Assembly (NCBI GenBank): GCA_018830125.1
Contig: JAHJSY010000001.1
Span: 1 to 37,148, forward strand
Direction: 5' to 3'
Length of the DNA stretch: 37,148 nt
From: Patescibacteria group bacterium
GTDB lineage: Bacteria > Patescibacteriota > Minisyncoccia > Minisyncoccales > GWA2-38-27
Below the pieces are notes generated by a model, which worked only from the letters and a program-made list of their open reading frames with translations, did no database searches and was not told where the DNA came from. Below are positions 19,528 to 27,972 of the stretch, piece by piece. The position numbers were made by a program, and so were the translations under genes. Numbering within the stretch: the stretch's first letter is position 1; each line of letters opens with the position of its first letter.

Positions 19528-21169
19528 GTTTTTAAAGTATTTTGAAGAAAGAGGGCATAAAATTGTGCCTTCTAGTTCTTTGATCCCGAAAGATAGCACT
19601 GTTTTATTAACAACAGCTGGAATGCAACAGTTTGTGCCTTATCTTTCTGGAGACCATGATGCTCTTAAGGAACTTGGCTCCTTGCATTTGGCTTCAGCCC
19701 AGAAGTGCTTTAGGGCTGTTGATATTGATGAAGTTGGAGATGATACTCATCATACTTTTTTTGAGATGCTTGGAAATTGGTCTATTGGCGTTAATGATAA
19801 AGGAGAATATTTTAAAGAAGGAGCTATTAAGTTTGCTCTTGGTTTTTTTGTTGACGAGCTTGGTTTGGATAAAGAGGAATTACATATAACGATATTTAAG
19901 GGAGATAAAGATATTCCCAAAGATGAAGAAGCAAAAAGAATATGGTTAGAAAATGGTATTTCAGAAGATAAGATTCAGGAAATGGGAATGGAAGATAACT
20001 TTTGGGGGCCAACTGCTCAAACGGGACCTTGTGGGCCTTCATCGGAAATCTACTATAATGGTGTTGAAATATGGAACTTAGTTTTCATGGAGTATAATAA
20101 AAAAGTTAATGGAAGCTTTGAAAAATTAGCTCAAACCAATATAGATACGGGTATTGGCTTTGAGAGATTGCTTTCTCTACTTAATGGTGTTGACTCTGCT
20201 TATGAAACAGACTTGTTTAAATCGGTTATCGAAAAGATTGAATCCAAAGATATAAAAACTTCAAGAATAATAGCCGACCATATTAGAGGAGCTTGTTTTC
20301 TAATTGCTGATGGAATTATTCCAAGCAATACAGAAAAAGGATATATTTTAAGAAGAATTTTAAGAAGAGCTATCAGATTTGGGAAATCAGTCGATTTAAT
20401 CGATGTCGCTAAGGTGGTTATTAATGAGTATAAAGATATATATCCTGAATTAGAAAATAATAACATTTTAGATGTTATTAGGGAAGAACAAGAAAAGTTT
20501 GGAAAAACTTTAGAAAATGGTCTTAAGCAATTTGAAAAATTAGATAAAATAACAGGGGACGATGCTTTTAATCTTTATCAAAGTTATGGATTCCCTTTTG
20601 AGCTTACGCAGGAATTAGCTGAAGAAAAGGGGATAGACGTTGATGAAAATGCTTTTAAAAATGCTTTTGAGAAACATCAGGAGCTTTCTCGGAAAGGAAT
20701 GGAGCAGAAATTTAAAGGAGGATTGGCTGATACTTCAGAGCAAACAACAAAATATCATACAGCCACCCACCTACTTTTATCGGCTTTAAGAGAGGTTTTA
20801 GATAAAGATGTTTCACAGAAGGGAAGCAATATTACGGCTGAAAGAATAAGGTTTGATTTTAATCATGATGCTAAGCTGACCGAGGAAGAAGTTAAGCGGA
20901 TTGAAGATTTAGTTAATGAGAGGATAAAAGATGATTTGGAAGTAAAGTTTGAAGAGATGCCTCTGGATCAGGCAAGAAGCGATGGGGCAGTTGGTGTTTT
21001 TGGAGAGAAATACGGAGATGTAGTTAAGGTTTACACTATCAATTCTTTCTCAAAAGAAATTTGTGGTGGTCCTCATGTTAAAAGAACTTCAGAATTAGGC
21101 CATTTCAAAATTACCAAACAAAAATCCCCCGGAGCCGGCATACGTCGCATCCGTGCAATTTTAGAATAA
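19502..21169 (+). CDS. alaS: Alanine--tRNA ligase, short form (555 aa, no C-Ala domain)
   Basis: TTAGMQQF, HHTFFEMLGNW, IDTGIGFER, HTATH...CGGPHV editing motifs, ends at GIRRIRA. Confidence 0.97.
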   Translation: MNSKELRNKFLKYFEERGHKIVPSSSLIPKDSTVLLTTAGMQQFVPYLSGDHDALKELGSLHLASAQKCFRAVDIDEVGDDTHHTFFEMLGNWSIGVNDKGEYFKEGAIKFALGFFVDELGLDKEELHITIFKGDKDIPKDEEAKRIWLENGISEDKIQEMGMEDNFWGPTAQTGPCGPSSEIYYNGVEIWNLVFMEYNKKVNGSFEKLAQTNIDTGIGFERLLSLLNGVDSAYETDLFKSVIEKIESKDIKTSRIIADHIRGACFLIADGIIPSNTEKGYILRRILRRAIRFGKSVDLIDVAKVVINEYKDIYPELENNNILDVIREEQEKFGKTLENGLKQFEKLDKITGDDAFNLYQSYGFPFELTQELAEEKGIDVDENAFKNAFEKHQELSRKGMEQKFKGGLADTSEQTTKYHTATHLLLSALREVLDKDVSQKGSNITAERIRFDFNHDAKLTEEEVKRIEDLVNERIKDDLEVKFEEMPLDQARSDGAVGVFGEKYGDVVKVYTINSFSKEICGGPHVKRTSELGHFKITKQKSPGAGIRRIRAILE

Positions 21170-21178
21170 TGCTAAAGA

Positions 21179-21234
21179 AATGTTAATCACTCGGTGTCGA
21201 ACACCGCAGTGTTAGTCACCGAGTGTTGAACATT
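21179..21234. repeat. REP-like hairpin family B, copy 2
   Basis: Identical core to 15655-15702. Confidence 0.85.
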
Positions 21235-21256
21235 TCTGTGAAAATGTATAAATATT

Positions 21257-21436
21257 ATGAAAAAAGATTCGAAAATTAAAAAAAATGTAGAAATAGTTCA
21301 AGAGATGCAGGATGAGATATTTAGAAAAATGTCTGCAAGTAGGAAAATAGAGCTTGGTTCTGGAATGTGGAGATTAGCAAAATCTTTAACAAATAACGAT
21401 GTTTTATGGAAGAAAAAGATCCAGGGCAAGTATTAA
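21257..21436 (+). CDS. Small putative antitoxin (MenA1/Rv0078B-like), 59 aa, not in the ORF track
   Basis: MKKDSKIKKNVEIVQEMQDEIFRKMSASRKIELGSGMWRLAK...; overlaps the start of the nucleotidyltransferase. Confidence 0.6.
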   Translation: MKKDSKIKKNVEIVQEMQDEIFRKMSASRKIELGSGMWRLAKSLTNNDVLWKKKIQGKY

Positions 21437-21984
21437 TTGAAGTCACAGACATTCTTCATGAATTAAATATCCCATATATTATTACTGGCGGGATGGCTGT
21501 TTTAATTTGGGGAAGACCTAGATTTACAGCGGATGTTGATATAATAGTTGAGTTGGATTATGGGAATGTTGATAATTTAACAAAAGCCCTGTTAATGCTC
21601 GGTGAAGCAAGTTATATCGACAAAGGTATGATAAAGGAAGCTTTGGAAAGCGAAGGAGAGTTTAATTTTATTCATGGGGATTCGGGTATCAAGGTAGATT
21701 TTTGGATTTTGAAGAAAAATGATCCTTTTGACTCAAGCAGAATTAAAAGAAAGGTAGTTAAAAGTATTGCCAATAAAAAAATTTATTTCTCTTCCGCTGA
21801 AGATTTAATTTTAAGTAAATTGGATTGGTATCAACAGAGTCAGTCAACTCGTCACTTAGAAGATATCGAATCAGTTTTACATGTTTCTGGAAAAAAACTG
21901 GATATGGACTATTTAAATAAATGGACAAAGAAATTAGGATTTTCAGAGGATTTTAATAAAATCTTAAACTCCAAAAAATATTAA
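21406..21984 (+). CDS. Nucleotidyltransferase, MenT/AbiEii-like putative toxin
   Basis: ITGGMAV..WGRPRFTADVD, KVDF, EDLILSKL, RHLEDI. Confidence 0.8.
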   Translation: MEEKDPGQVLIEVTDILHELNIPYIITGGMAVLIWGRPRFTADVDIIVELDYGNVDNLTKALLMLGEASYIDKGMIKEALESEGEFNFIHGDSGIKVDFWILKKNDPFDSSRIKRKVVKSIANKKIYFSSAEDLILSKLDWYQQSQSTRHLEDIESVLHVSGKKLDMDYLNKWTKKLGFSEDFNKILNSKKY

Positions 21985-22009
21985 GCTTGGTAAAACTTCT
22001 TCTATGGGG

Positions 22010-22070
22010 TATAATATATTAATGAGAGATTTTTTTTGGGGAAAAAGGGAGAAACCCTTTCTTGTTTTAG
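22010..22070 (+). repeat. Copy 1 of the ftsA-like gene promoter and 5' end
   Basis: tataatatattaATG then MRDFFWGKREKPFLVL. Confidence 0.9.
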
Positions 22071-22114
22071 TAATATTGAGTTGACTAGCCAATATAATTT
22101 TATATAATTAAAAT

Positions 22115-22417
22115 ATGACAGACACTAAACAAATTGTTAAAAATTTAAAAAAATATAAGCCAGAAAAAATTATTCTTTTTGGTAGTCATGCTTGGGGGAA
22201 ACCAAATGCATCAAGTGATGTAGATATTTTGGTTATTAAAAATTCTAAACTACCTAAACGTTTTAGAACAACTCAGGCAGAAAAATTCTTAAGTAAATTT
22301 CCTCATCCAACAGATGTTATAGTTTATACTCCACAAGAAATAGAAGAAAGGATAAAAATGGGAGATTTTTTTATTAATTTAATCTTAGAAAAAGGGCAAG
22401 TTTTATATGAAAAATAA
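22115..22417 (+). CDS. Minimal nucleotidyltransferase (MNT) antitoxin
   Basis: IILFGSHAWG.P...SDVDILV, G.VLYE; own promoter TTGACT-16-TATAAT. Confidence 0.9.
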   Translation: MTDTKQIVKNLKKYKPEKIILFGSHAWGKPNASSDVDILVIKNSKLPKRFRTTQAEKFLSKFPHPTDVIVYTPQEIEERIKMGDFFINLILEKGQVLYEK

Positions 22418-22537
22418 TCATGTGCAACTCGTTATCCTGGAGATATTGAAAAATATTCATGGGAAGAAGTAAAACAAGCATTAAAAGCAGTAGATGATGC
22501 AAGGGATAAAATTCTAAAAATTTGCAAAATTTTTTGA
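22407..22537 (+). pseudogene. Internally deleted, frameshifted HEPN toxin remnant
   Basis: ATG 22407 (MKNNHV) overlaps the MNT stop; another frame gives TRYPGDIEKYSWEEVKQALKAVDDARDKI, typical of a HEPN C-terminus. Confidence 0.7.
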
Positions 22538-22584
22538 AGTAGGTTTTTTAACAAGAAAACCTTTGTTAAATTTCTTCTACGGGG

Positions 22585-22647
22585 TATAATATACTAATGA
22601 GAGAATTATTTTGGAAAAAAGGGGGAAAGCCCTTTCTGGTTTTGGAT
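22585..22647 (+). repeat. Copy 2 (diverged) of the ftsA-like gene promoter and 5' end
   Basis: tataatatactaATG then MRELFWKKGGKPFLVLD. Confidence 0.85.
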
Positions 22648-22674
22648 AGAAAATAAAAAAGTATTAAGATATAA

Positions 22675-23112
22675 ATGGCTTATCAAATTGACCAATCGGG
22701 TAAAGTTGAAGACACAAATAAATTAACCATTGTTGCTTTAGCCAATGGCAGAGTTAAGAGTTTAAAAATTAGTGCTGTAGAAAAACAAAAACTAATTAAA
22801 ATAATGCGCATACATGATTATCCTAAAAAGACATTTATTTATAAAATTTTTGCTAGCTTAATATTTTTGTTACTAAAAAATGAAAGAATAGAAGGAATTA
22901 TAATCGATAATGAATACCCAGGACACCAAGCAATAATTAAAGATGTTTTACAACGTCTCTTCAAAAAGAAAAATAAACAGGCACCTGAAATAATGTTTGC
23001 TGAAATAGGTAAGAAAAGTATTGCTCACAAGGTGGCATTAGAAGTATTTAGAGGAAAAAGAAAGCCAGATATTATAATAGGGGCAGATGATGTGATAAAA
23101 CTTTTATACTAA
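22675..23112 (+). CDS. DUF3800-like (RNase H-like fold) protein
   Basis: N-terminal YQIDQSGK resembling the YxDESG motif; IIIDNEY acidic motif; convergent structured RNA downstream. Confidence 0.55.
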   Translation: MAYQIDQSGKVEDTNKLTIVALANGRVKSLKISAVEKQKLIKIMRIHDYPKKTFIYKIFASLIFLLLKNERIEGIIIDNEYPGHQAIIKDVLQRLFKKKNKQAPEIMFAEIGKKSIAHKVALEVFRGKRKPDIIIGADDVIKLLY

Positions 23113-23201
23113 AAAAGCGAGCAAGAGCTCCTGCTCCAGGCAGGAGAATCCTTAGCTCAGACCGCCAGTTACGAACGGTGGTCACTAAGGCAATGTTCGC
23201 T
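23111..23201 (-). ncRNA. Structured multi-stem ncRNA convergent with the DUF3800-like gene
   Basis: Stems agcgagca/tgttcgct, ctcctgc/gcaggag, ccttag/ctaagg, gaccgcc/ggtggtc; minus promoter TTGACA-16-TATACT (23208-23235); U tract at 23111-23116. Confidence 0.65.
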
Positions 23202-23283
23202 ACTTTAAGTATAGCATAACCAGAAACCCTGTCAAGTCTTTAAAATGTTTTGTTTTATCTCTTATAAATGATATAATATATTA

Positions 23284-24045
23284 ATGAGAGATTTTTTTTG
23301 GGGAAAAAGGGAGAAACCCTTTCTGGTTTTGGATGTTGAAGATGATTCAATAAAGAGTTTGATTTTGAGAAAAGATAAAAATAAGCTAGTTCTTTTAGGA
23401 AATGCTTTGGAAAGATACGGTGAGAATGATTTGAAAGAGAAAATCTTAAAAGCGATTGAAGGATCATATAATAACTACATATTTTTTTCTAATAAGCAAG
23501 AAAGAAATAAATATACTTGGCAGAATATTCCTGTTTTACTTGGCTTACCCTCAAGTGTGTTGAAAGCAAGGGTTATTTCATGCAATTTTAATCGTAATAA
23601 CCGTTCAAAAATATCCAAGAAAGAAGAAGTAGAGATTTTAAAAAAAGCTCTTAGGATGGTTAAGAGCAAGATCGGGAATGAGTTTGTTAGGGATTTTGGT
23701 ATTTTGCCCGAAGATATTAGATACACAAATTTTAAGATTTTAGAGACAGATATTAATGGTTACTTGGTTTCCAATCTTTTTGGTTTCGAGGGGCAAAATT
23801 TAAACCTCAAAGTTTTAGCAACCTTTATTCCTCAAAACGATCTTATCAATATTAAATCAACGCTTGATAGTTTAGGGATTAAAGTTTCTAAAATAATGCA
23901 TATAGCAGAGGCCCTGTCAGAATCAGGTGATAAGGTTATTTATCCAAAAGATTTAAAAAATATTAAAAATTTATCAAGAAAGTTGGAGAATTCATCATAT
24001 ACTCCAACTCTATTGATGTCATACTATGCAAAAGAAATTCTTTGA
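23284..24045 (+). CDS. Degenerate FtsA/PilM-like (actin-fold N-terminal, SHS2) protein
   Basis: FLVLDVEDDSIK start, INGYLVSNL.GF.G..L.L.V..TFIP pattern; short, C-terminal ATPase motifs absent. Confidence 0.55.
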   Translation: MRDFFWGKREKPFLVLDVEDDSIKSLILRKDKNKLVLLGNALERYGENDLKEKILKAIEGSYNNYIFFSNKQERNKYTWQNIPVLLGLPSSVLKARVISCNFNRNNRSKISKKEEVEILKKALRMVKSKIGNEFVRDFGILPEDIRYTNFKILETDINGYLVSNLFGFEGQNLNLKVLATFIPQNDLINIKSTLDSLGIKVSKIMHIAEALSESGDKVIYPKDLKNIKNLSRKLENSSYTPTLLMSYYAKEIL

Positions 24046-25288
24046 TATTATACCACCAAAGGAGGAAGTGACCGAGTCACTTTTAACCGAAAAAAGTGAC
24101 TCGGTCACTTTGGAGCCAGTGGCGGTTGTTAAGGAGAAAAGGCACTCCCGTTTTCCAAAAGCATTGATCGGCGTAGTAACTATCGCAGTTTTAGCTTTAA
24201 TCGTAGTTTTCTTTTTGCCTAATGATGTTGAAATTAAAGTTTGGCCGGTAATGAGAGACGTAGCTTTCACAGAAACAGTCATTATTGATTTAAATACCGC
24301 AGAAGTTGATTTAGAAAATAATATTATTCCTGGTCAAATTGTTAATAGTGAAAAAACTGGATCTCAAGAGTTTAGTTCTACTGGGACAGCAATCAAAGAA
24401 TCAAAAGCCGAAGGAACAATCACGGTCTATAATGCCTATTCTTCGTCTTCTCGGTCGTTAGTTGTTTCGCGTTTTGTTTCGGCAGACGGAAAACTATTTT
24501 GGTCAACAAGGAAAATAACTATCCCAGGATATCATTATGAAGGAGGCAAGCTTATTCCTGGCGAAAAAGAAGTTGAAGTTATAGCAGCCGAGGCGGGTCC
24601 AGAATATAATATTTCAGCAACCACTTTTGCCTTACCAGCTTTAGCCGGAACAGCTTTGTATACCACTATCTATGCTAAATCATTCTCTCCGATGATGGGA
24701 GGATATGAGGGAAAAGTTGGCCAGGTTACTCAAGACGATTTAGACAATGCTGAAAATATCCTAGCAGAAAAGCTAAAATCAGAAAACGCAGATCAATTGA
24801 CAAAATCTTTAGAAGAAGATTTTATGCTACCAAGCGAAACAATAATTAATGACATTTCAAATATTAAAAGTTCTCAATTGGTTGGGGCTAAGGTTGATTC
24901 GTTTAATCTTGAAGCGGGAATAAAATCAACTGGCCTGGCTTTTAGAAAATCGGATATAGATGATTTTGTTTTGGCGAACATTAATTTGAATATTAAGCAG
25001 GATCACGTAATCAAAGAAGGAACTTTGGAAATAGAGTATGTTTTAGAAGAAGTAGATTTAGAAACCGGACAAATGATTATTCGATTAGAGGTTAGCGCTA
25101 AAAGCCATGCGGATATTGATTTGGAAACTTTAAAGAAGGCCATTATAGGTAAATCATTCAAGGAGACAGAAATATTCTTAAATAGTTTGCCAGAAATAGA
25201 TAGAATTGAGTTAAATACGGGTTTATCACTAAAGAAAACAATCCCAGAGGACATGAGTAAAGTAGAAGTGTTGTTGGGACTTGACTAA
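24026..25288 (+). CDS. Membrane-anchored protein with baseplate J-like domain (conserved Parcubacteria family)
   Basis: Single TM, KAEGTITVYN, V.AAEAGPEYNI, M.GG...V..VTQDD. Confidence 0.6.
   Translation: MQKKFFDIIPPKEEVTESLLTEKSDSVTLEPVAVVKEKRHSRFPKALIGVVTIAVLALIVVFFLPNDVEIKVWPVMRDVAFTETVIIDLNTAEVDLENNIIPGQIVNSEKTGSQEFSSTGTAIKESKAEGTITVYNAYSSSSRSLVVSRFVSADGKLFWSTRKITIPGYHYEGGKLIPGEKEVEVIAAEAGPEYNISATTFALPALAGTALYTTIYAKSFSPMMGGYEGKVGQVTQDDLDNAENILAEKLKSENADQLTKSLEEDFMLPSETIINDISNIKSSQLVGAKVDSFNLEAGIKSTGLAFRKSDIDDFVLANINLNIKQDHVIKEGTLEIEYVLEEVDLETGQMIIRLEVSAKSHADIDLETLKKAIIGKSFKETEIFLNSLPEIDRIELNTGLSLKKTIPEDMSKVEVLLGLD
24066..24111. repeat. Inverted pair of REP-like palindromes inside the CDS
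   Basis: aagtgac-cga-gtcactt and aagtgac-tcg-gtcactt. Confidence 0.8.
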
Positions 25289-25321
25289 ATTATTAGATTT
25301 TGTTAAACTTATTAATCATAA

Positions 25322-25546
25322 ATGGATAATCAAAATAAAAATATATTAAGAAAACAGGGCACTGTTCTGGAGGCCTTACCGAGTACTCATTTCAAAATAG
25401 AATTGGAAGATGGGAAAGTTGTTATTGCTCATCTTGCCGGCAAAATGAGAATGTTTCGCATTAAGATTTTACCAGGAGACAATGTAACAGTTGAAATGAG
25501 TCCTTATGATGAAACCCGAGGTAGGATAGTGTATAGAGGAAGGTAA
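25322..25546 (+). CDS. infA: Translation initiation factor IF-1
   Basis: [29 protein letters not shown]. Confidence 0.98.
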   Translation: MDNQNKNILRKQGTVLEALPSTHFKIELEDGKVVIAHLAGKMRMFRIKILPGDNVTVEMSPYDETRGRIVYRGR

Positions 25547-25612
25547 AACCTGACACCAATACACTAATAATTCACCAATGTCACTAATATCCGTATATTG
25601 GTATCGTGTATT

Positions 25613-25729
25613 ATGAAAGTAAGATCATCGGTTAAGAAAATTTGCAGAGATTGTAAAATCGTCCGAAGAAAGGGACGAGTTTATGTCATTTGTAAAAAGA
25701 ATCCAAGACATAAACAGCGCCAAGGATAA
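25613..25729 (+). CDS. rpmJ: 50S ribosomal protein L36, not in the ORF track
   Basis: [38 protein letters not shown]. Confidence 0.98.
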   Translation: MKVRSSVKKICRDCKIVRRKGRVYVICKKNPRHKQRQG

Positions 25730-25733
25730 ACTT

Positions 25734-26123
25734 ATGCCAAGAATAGTCGGAGTAAACATTCCACAAGATAAAAAAATAGATATTGCCTTAACCTATATTT
25801 TCGGGATAGGTTCTTCTTTGAGTAAAAAGGTTTTGAAAGAATCTGGAATTAATCCTAAAACCAAAGCTTCTGAATTGACGCCAGAGGATCTTAATAAGCT
25901 CAAAGAAATTATTGAGAAGAAATATAGAATTGAAGGCGACCTTAGAAAAGATTTGATGATTAACATTAGAAGATTAAAGGATGTCGGTTCTTGGAGGGGA
26001 AGTCGTCATAGTAAAAAATTGCCAGTAAGAGGTCAAAGAACCAAAACCAACAATAGAACTGTTCGTGGTAATATTAGAAAAACTGTTGGTTCTGGAAGAA
26101 AGGCAGCTCCTGGTCCTAAATAA
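25734..26123 (+). CDS. rpsM: 30S ribosomal protein S13
   Basis: MPRIVGVNIP, ALTYIFGIG, LPVRGQRTKTN; start ATG 25734. Confidence 0.99.
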   Translation: MPRIVGVNIPQDKKIDIALTYIFGIGSSLSKKVLKESGINPKTKASELTPEDLNKLKEIIEKKYRIEGDLRKDLMINIRRLKDVGSWRGSRHSKKLPVRGQRTKTNNRTVRGNIRKTVGSGRKAAPGPK

Positions 26124-26128
26124 TAATT

Positions 26129-26578
26129 ATGGGTAAAAAACGTATTATTCAAAAAACTGAAGAAGAGTTGATAAAGGAAAGAGAAAAGGTTGAAGCTGGC
26201 GTCAAAGATGTAAAAACCAAAGCCGTATCTGGAACAAGAGAGGGTCGTATTTATATTTCATCTTCATATAATAATACGATAATTACTTTAACAGACGAGA
26301 AGGGAAATAAATTAACTGCTGCTAGTGCTGGGTCAATTGGATTTAAGGGGGCTAAAAAGGCTACTCCCTTTGCTGCTTCAAAGGTGGCTGAAGGAGTTTC
26401 TTTAACAGCCAAAAAATTAAGAATAGAAAGAGTAGCTATACTTGTTAAGGGAATTGGTTCTGGAAGGGATTCAGCTATTAGATCTTTAGCTGGTCATGGT
26501 TTAGAGATTATATCAGTGGAGGATGTTACGCCGGTTCCTCACAATGGTTGTCGTCCGCGTAAGGTAAGAAGGGTATAA
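26129..26578 (+). CDS. rpsK: 30S ribosomal protein S11
   Basis: SYNNTII, GFKGAKKATPFAA, DVTPVPHNGCRP. Confidence 0.99.
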   Translation: MGKKRIIQKTEEELIKEREKVEAGVKDVKTKAVSGTREGRIYISSSYNNTIITLTDEKGNKLTAASAGSIGFKGAKKATPFAASKVAEGVSLTAKKLRIERVAILVKGIGSGRDSAIRSLAGHGLEIISVEDVTPVPHNGCRPRKVRRV

Positions 26579-26582
26579 TATT

Positions 26583-27215
26583 ATGATGAAAGATAAGAAA
26601 TGTAAAATTTGCAGAAGATTAAGTATAAAGCTTTTTTTGAAAGGTGAACGTTGTTTATCGCCTAAATGCGCCATGATTAAAAGGCCTTATTCTCCAGGGC
26701 AAAAATCCAAGAAAAGAAGAGGTAATGTTTCTGAGTATGGCAAAGAATTAAAAGAAAAACAAAAATTGAAAAATTGGTATAATTTAAGCGAAAAACAATT
26801 TAGAAATTATGTAAAAGATATTCTTGAAAAAGGATCTAAAGTTGAAAATGCCGGAGATGCTCTTTTGAGAAGATTAGAAGGTCGTTTTGATAATGTAGTT
26901 TTTCAAATAGGCTTTGCCGTTTCAAGACCGAAAGCAAGACAAATTATCAGTCATGGATTTTTCCTACTTAACGGAAGAAAAGTTAATATACCATCTTGCC
27001 AGCTTAAAAAAGGAGACAAGATAAGCTTACAGGCGGAAGCACGCAAAAAGATAAGTTTTCAAAATCTTTCAACGCTTTTGAAAAAGCATAAAGCTCCTTC
27101 GTGGATTAAATTAGATGCTGATAAATTAGAAGCAGAAATAATTGGTGAGCCAAACTTAGAAGAAATGACTCCGCCAGCTGAAATTTCATCAATTTTCGAA
27201 TTTTATAGTAAATAA
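26583..27215 (+). CDS. rpsD: 30S ribosomal protein S4
   Basis: CKICRR..KLFLKGERC, LKEKQK, LEGRFDNVV, EFYS. Confidence 0.98.
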   Translation: MMKDKKCKICRRLSIKLFLKGERCLSPKCAMIKRPYSPGQKSKKRRGNVSEYGKELKEKQKLKNWYNLSEKQFRNYVKDILEKGSKVENAGDALLRRLEGRFDNVVFQIGFAVSRPKARQIISHGFFLLNGRKVNIPSCQLKKGDKISLQAEARKKISFQNLSTLLKKHKAPSWIKLDADKLEAEIIGEPNLEEMTPPAEISSIFEFYSK

Positions 27216-27237
27216 TAAAATAAATTAAATAAAAATT

Positions 27238-27972
27238 ATGATTTTATTGCCAAAAGCTCCCAAGATCGTTAATAAAGAGAATAATCAGGCTCAATTTGAA
27301 ATTGAGAGCCTTTATCCTGGTTATGGTATAACTATTGGTAATTCTCTAAGAAGAGTTTTGCTTTCCTCGTTAGAAGGATCAGCTATTACTCAAGTAAAAA
27401 TAAAAGGAGTTCAGCATGAATTCTCAACGATAGCAGGGGTTTTGGAAGATGTGGTTACTATCATAATGAACTTAAAGAATTTAAGATTTAAAAATTATTC
27501 AGATGAGTCACAGAAAGCGACTTTAAAAATAAAAGGAGAAAAAAAGGTAAAAGGTTCTGATTTCAAAGTTCCTTCTCAGTTGGAATTGATTAATAAAGAT
27601 CTTCATATTGCTACTTTGACTAGCAGTAAGACAGAATTAGAAATGGAAATTCAGATTGAAAAGGGTGTTGGTTATGAACCTGTTGAAAGAAGAAAACAAC
27701 AAAGCAAATTAGAAATTGGAATTATTCCAATCGATGCTATATTTACCCCAGTTAAGAGAGTGAATTACAAGGTGGAAAATATGAGAGTAGGAGAAAGAAC
27801 TGATTTTGATAGATTAACTTTGAATATTGAGACAGACGGAATAGTCAGCCCAGAAGAAGCATTTTATCAAGCATCAGATATTTTGGTAAAGCATTTCTCT
27901 TTACTGGTTGATGAATTTAAACCAGAGGATAAAAAAGAAATAAAAAAACAAGTTAAGAAAATAAAGAAGTAA
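27238..27972 (+). CDS. rpoA: RNA polymerase alpha subunit (NTD only)
   Basis: GYGITIGNSLRRVLLSSL, HEFSTI.GV.ED, IDAIFTPV, RVGERTDFD. Confidence 0.98.
   Translation: MILLPKAPKIVNKENNQAQFEIESLYPGYGITIGNSLRRVLLSSLEGSAITQVKIKGVQHEFSTIAGVLEDVVTIIMNLKNLRFKNYSDESQKATLKIKGEKKVKGSDFKVPSQLELINKDLHIATLTSSKTELEMEIQIEKGVGYEPVERRKQQSKLEIGIIPIDAIFTPVKRVNYKVENMRVGERTDFDRLTLNIETDGIVSPEEAFYQASDILVKHFSLLVDEFKPEDKKEIKKQVKKIKK

Noticed and set aside
22010-23334. CRISPR array or classical integron
   Set aside because: Repeats are gene 5' ends separated by 500-650 bp of coding DNA; no cas genes, intI or attC-like boxes seen
24026-25288. Prophage suggested by the baseplate J-like domain
   Set aside because: No other phage genes; the protein has a TM anchor and sits among housekeeping genes
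27170-27180. Half copy TCCGCCAGCTG of the PPAGG palindrome in rpsD
   Set aside because: Only 11 bp, no second arm and no apparent insertion; explained by Pro-Pro-Ala codons
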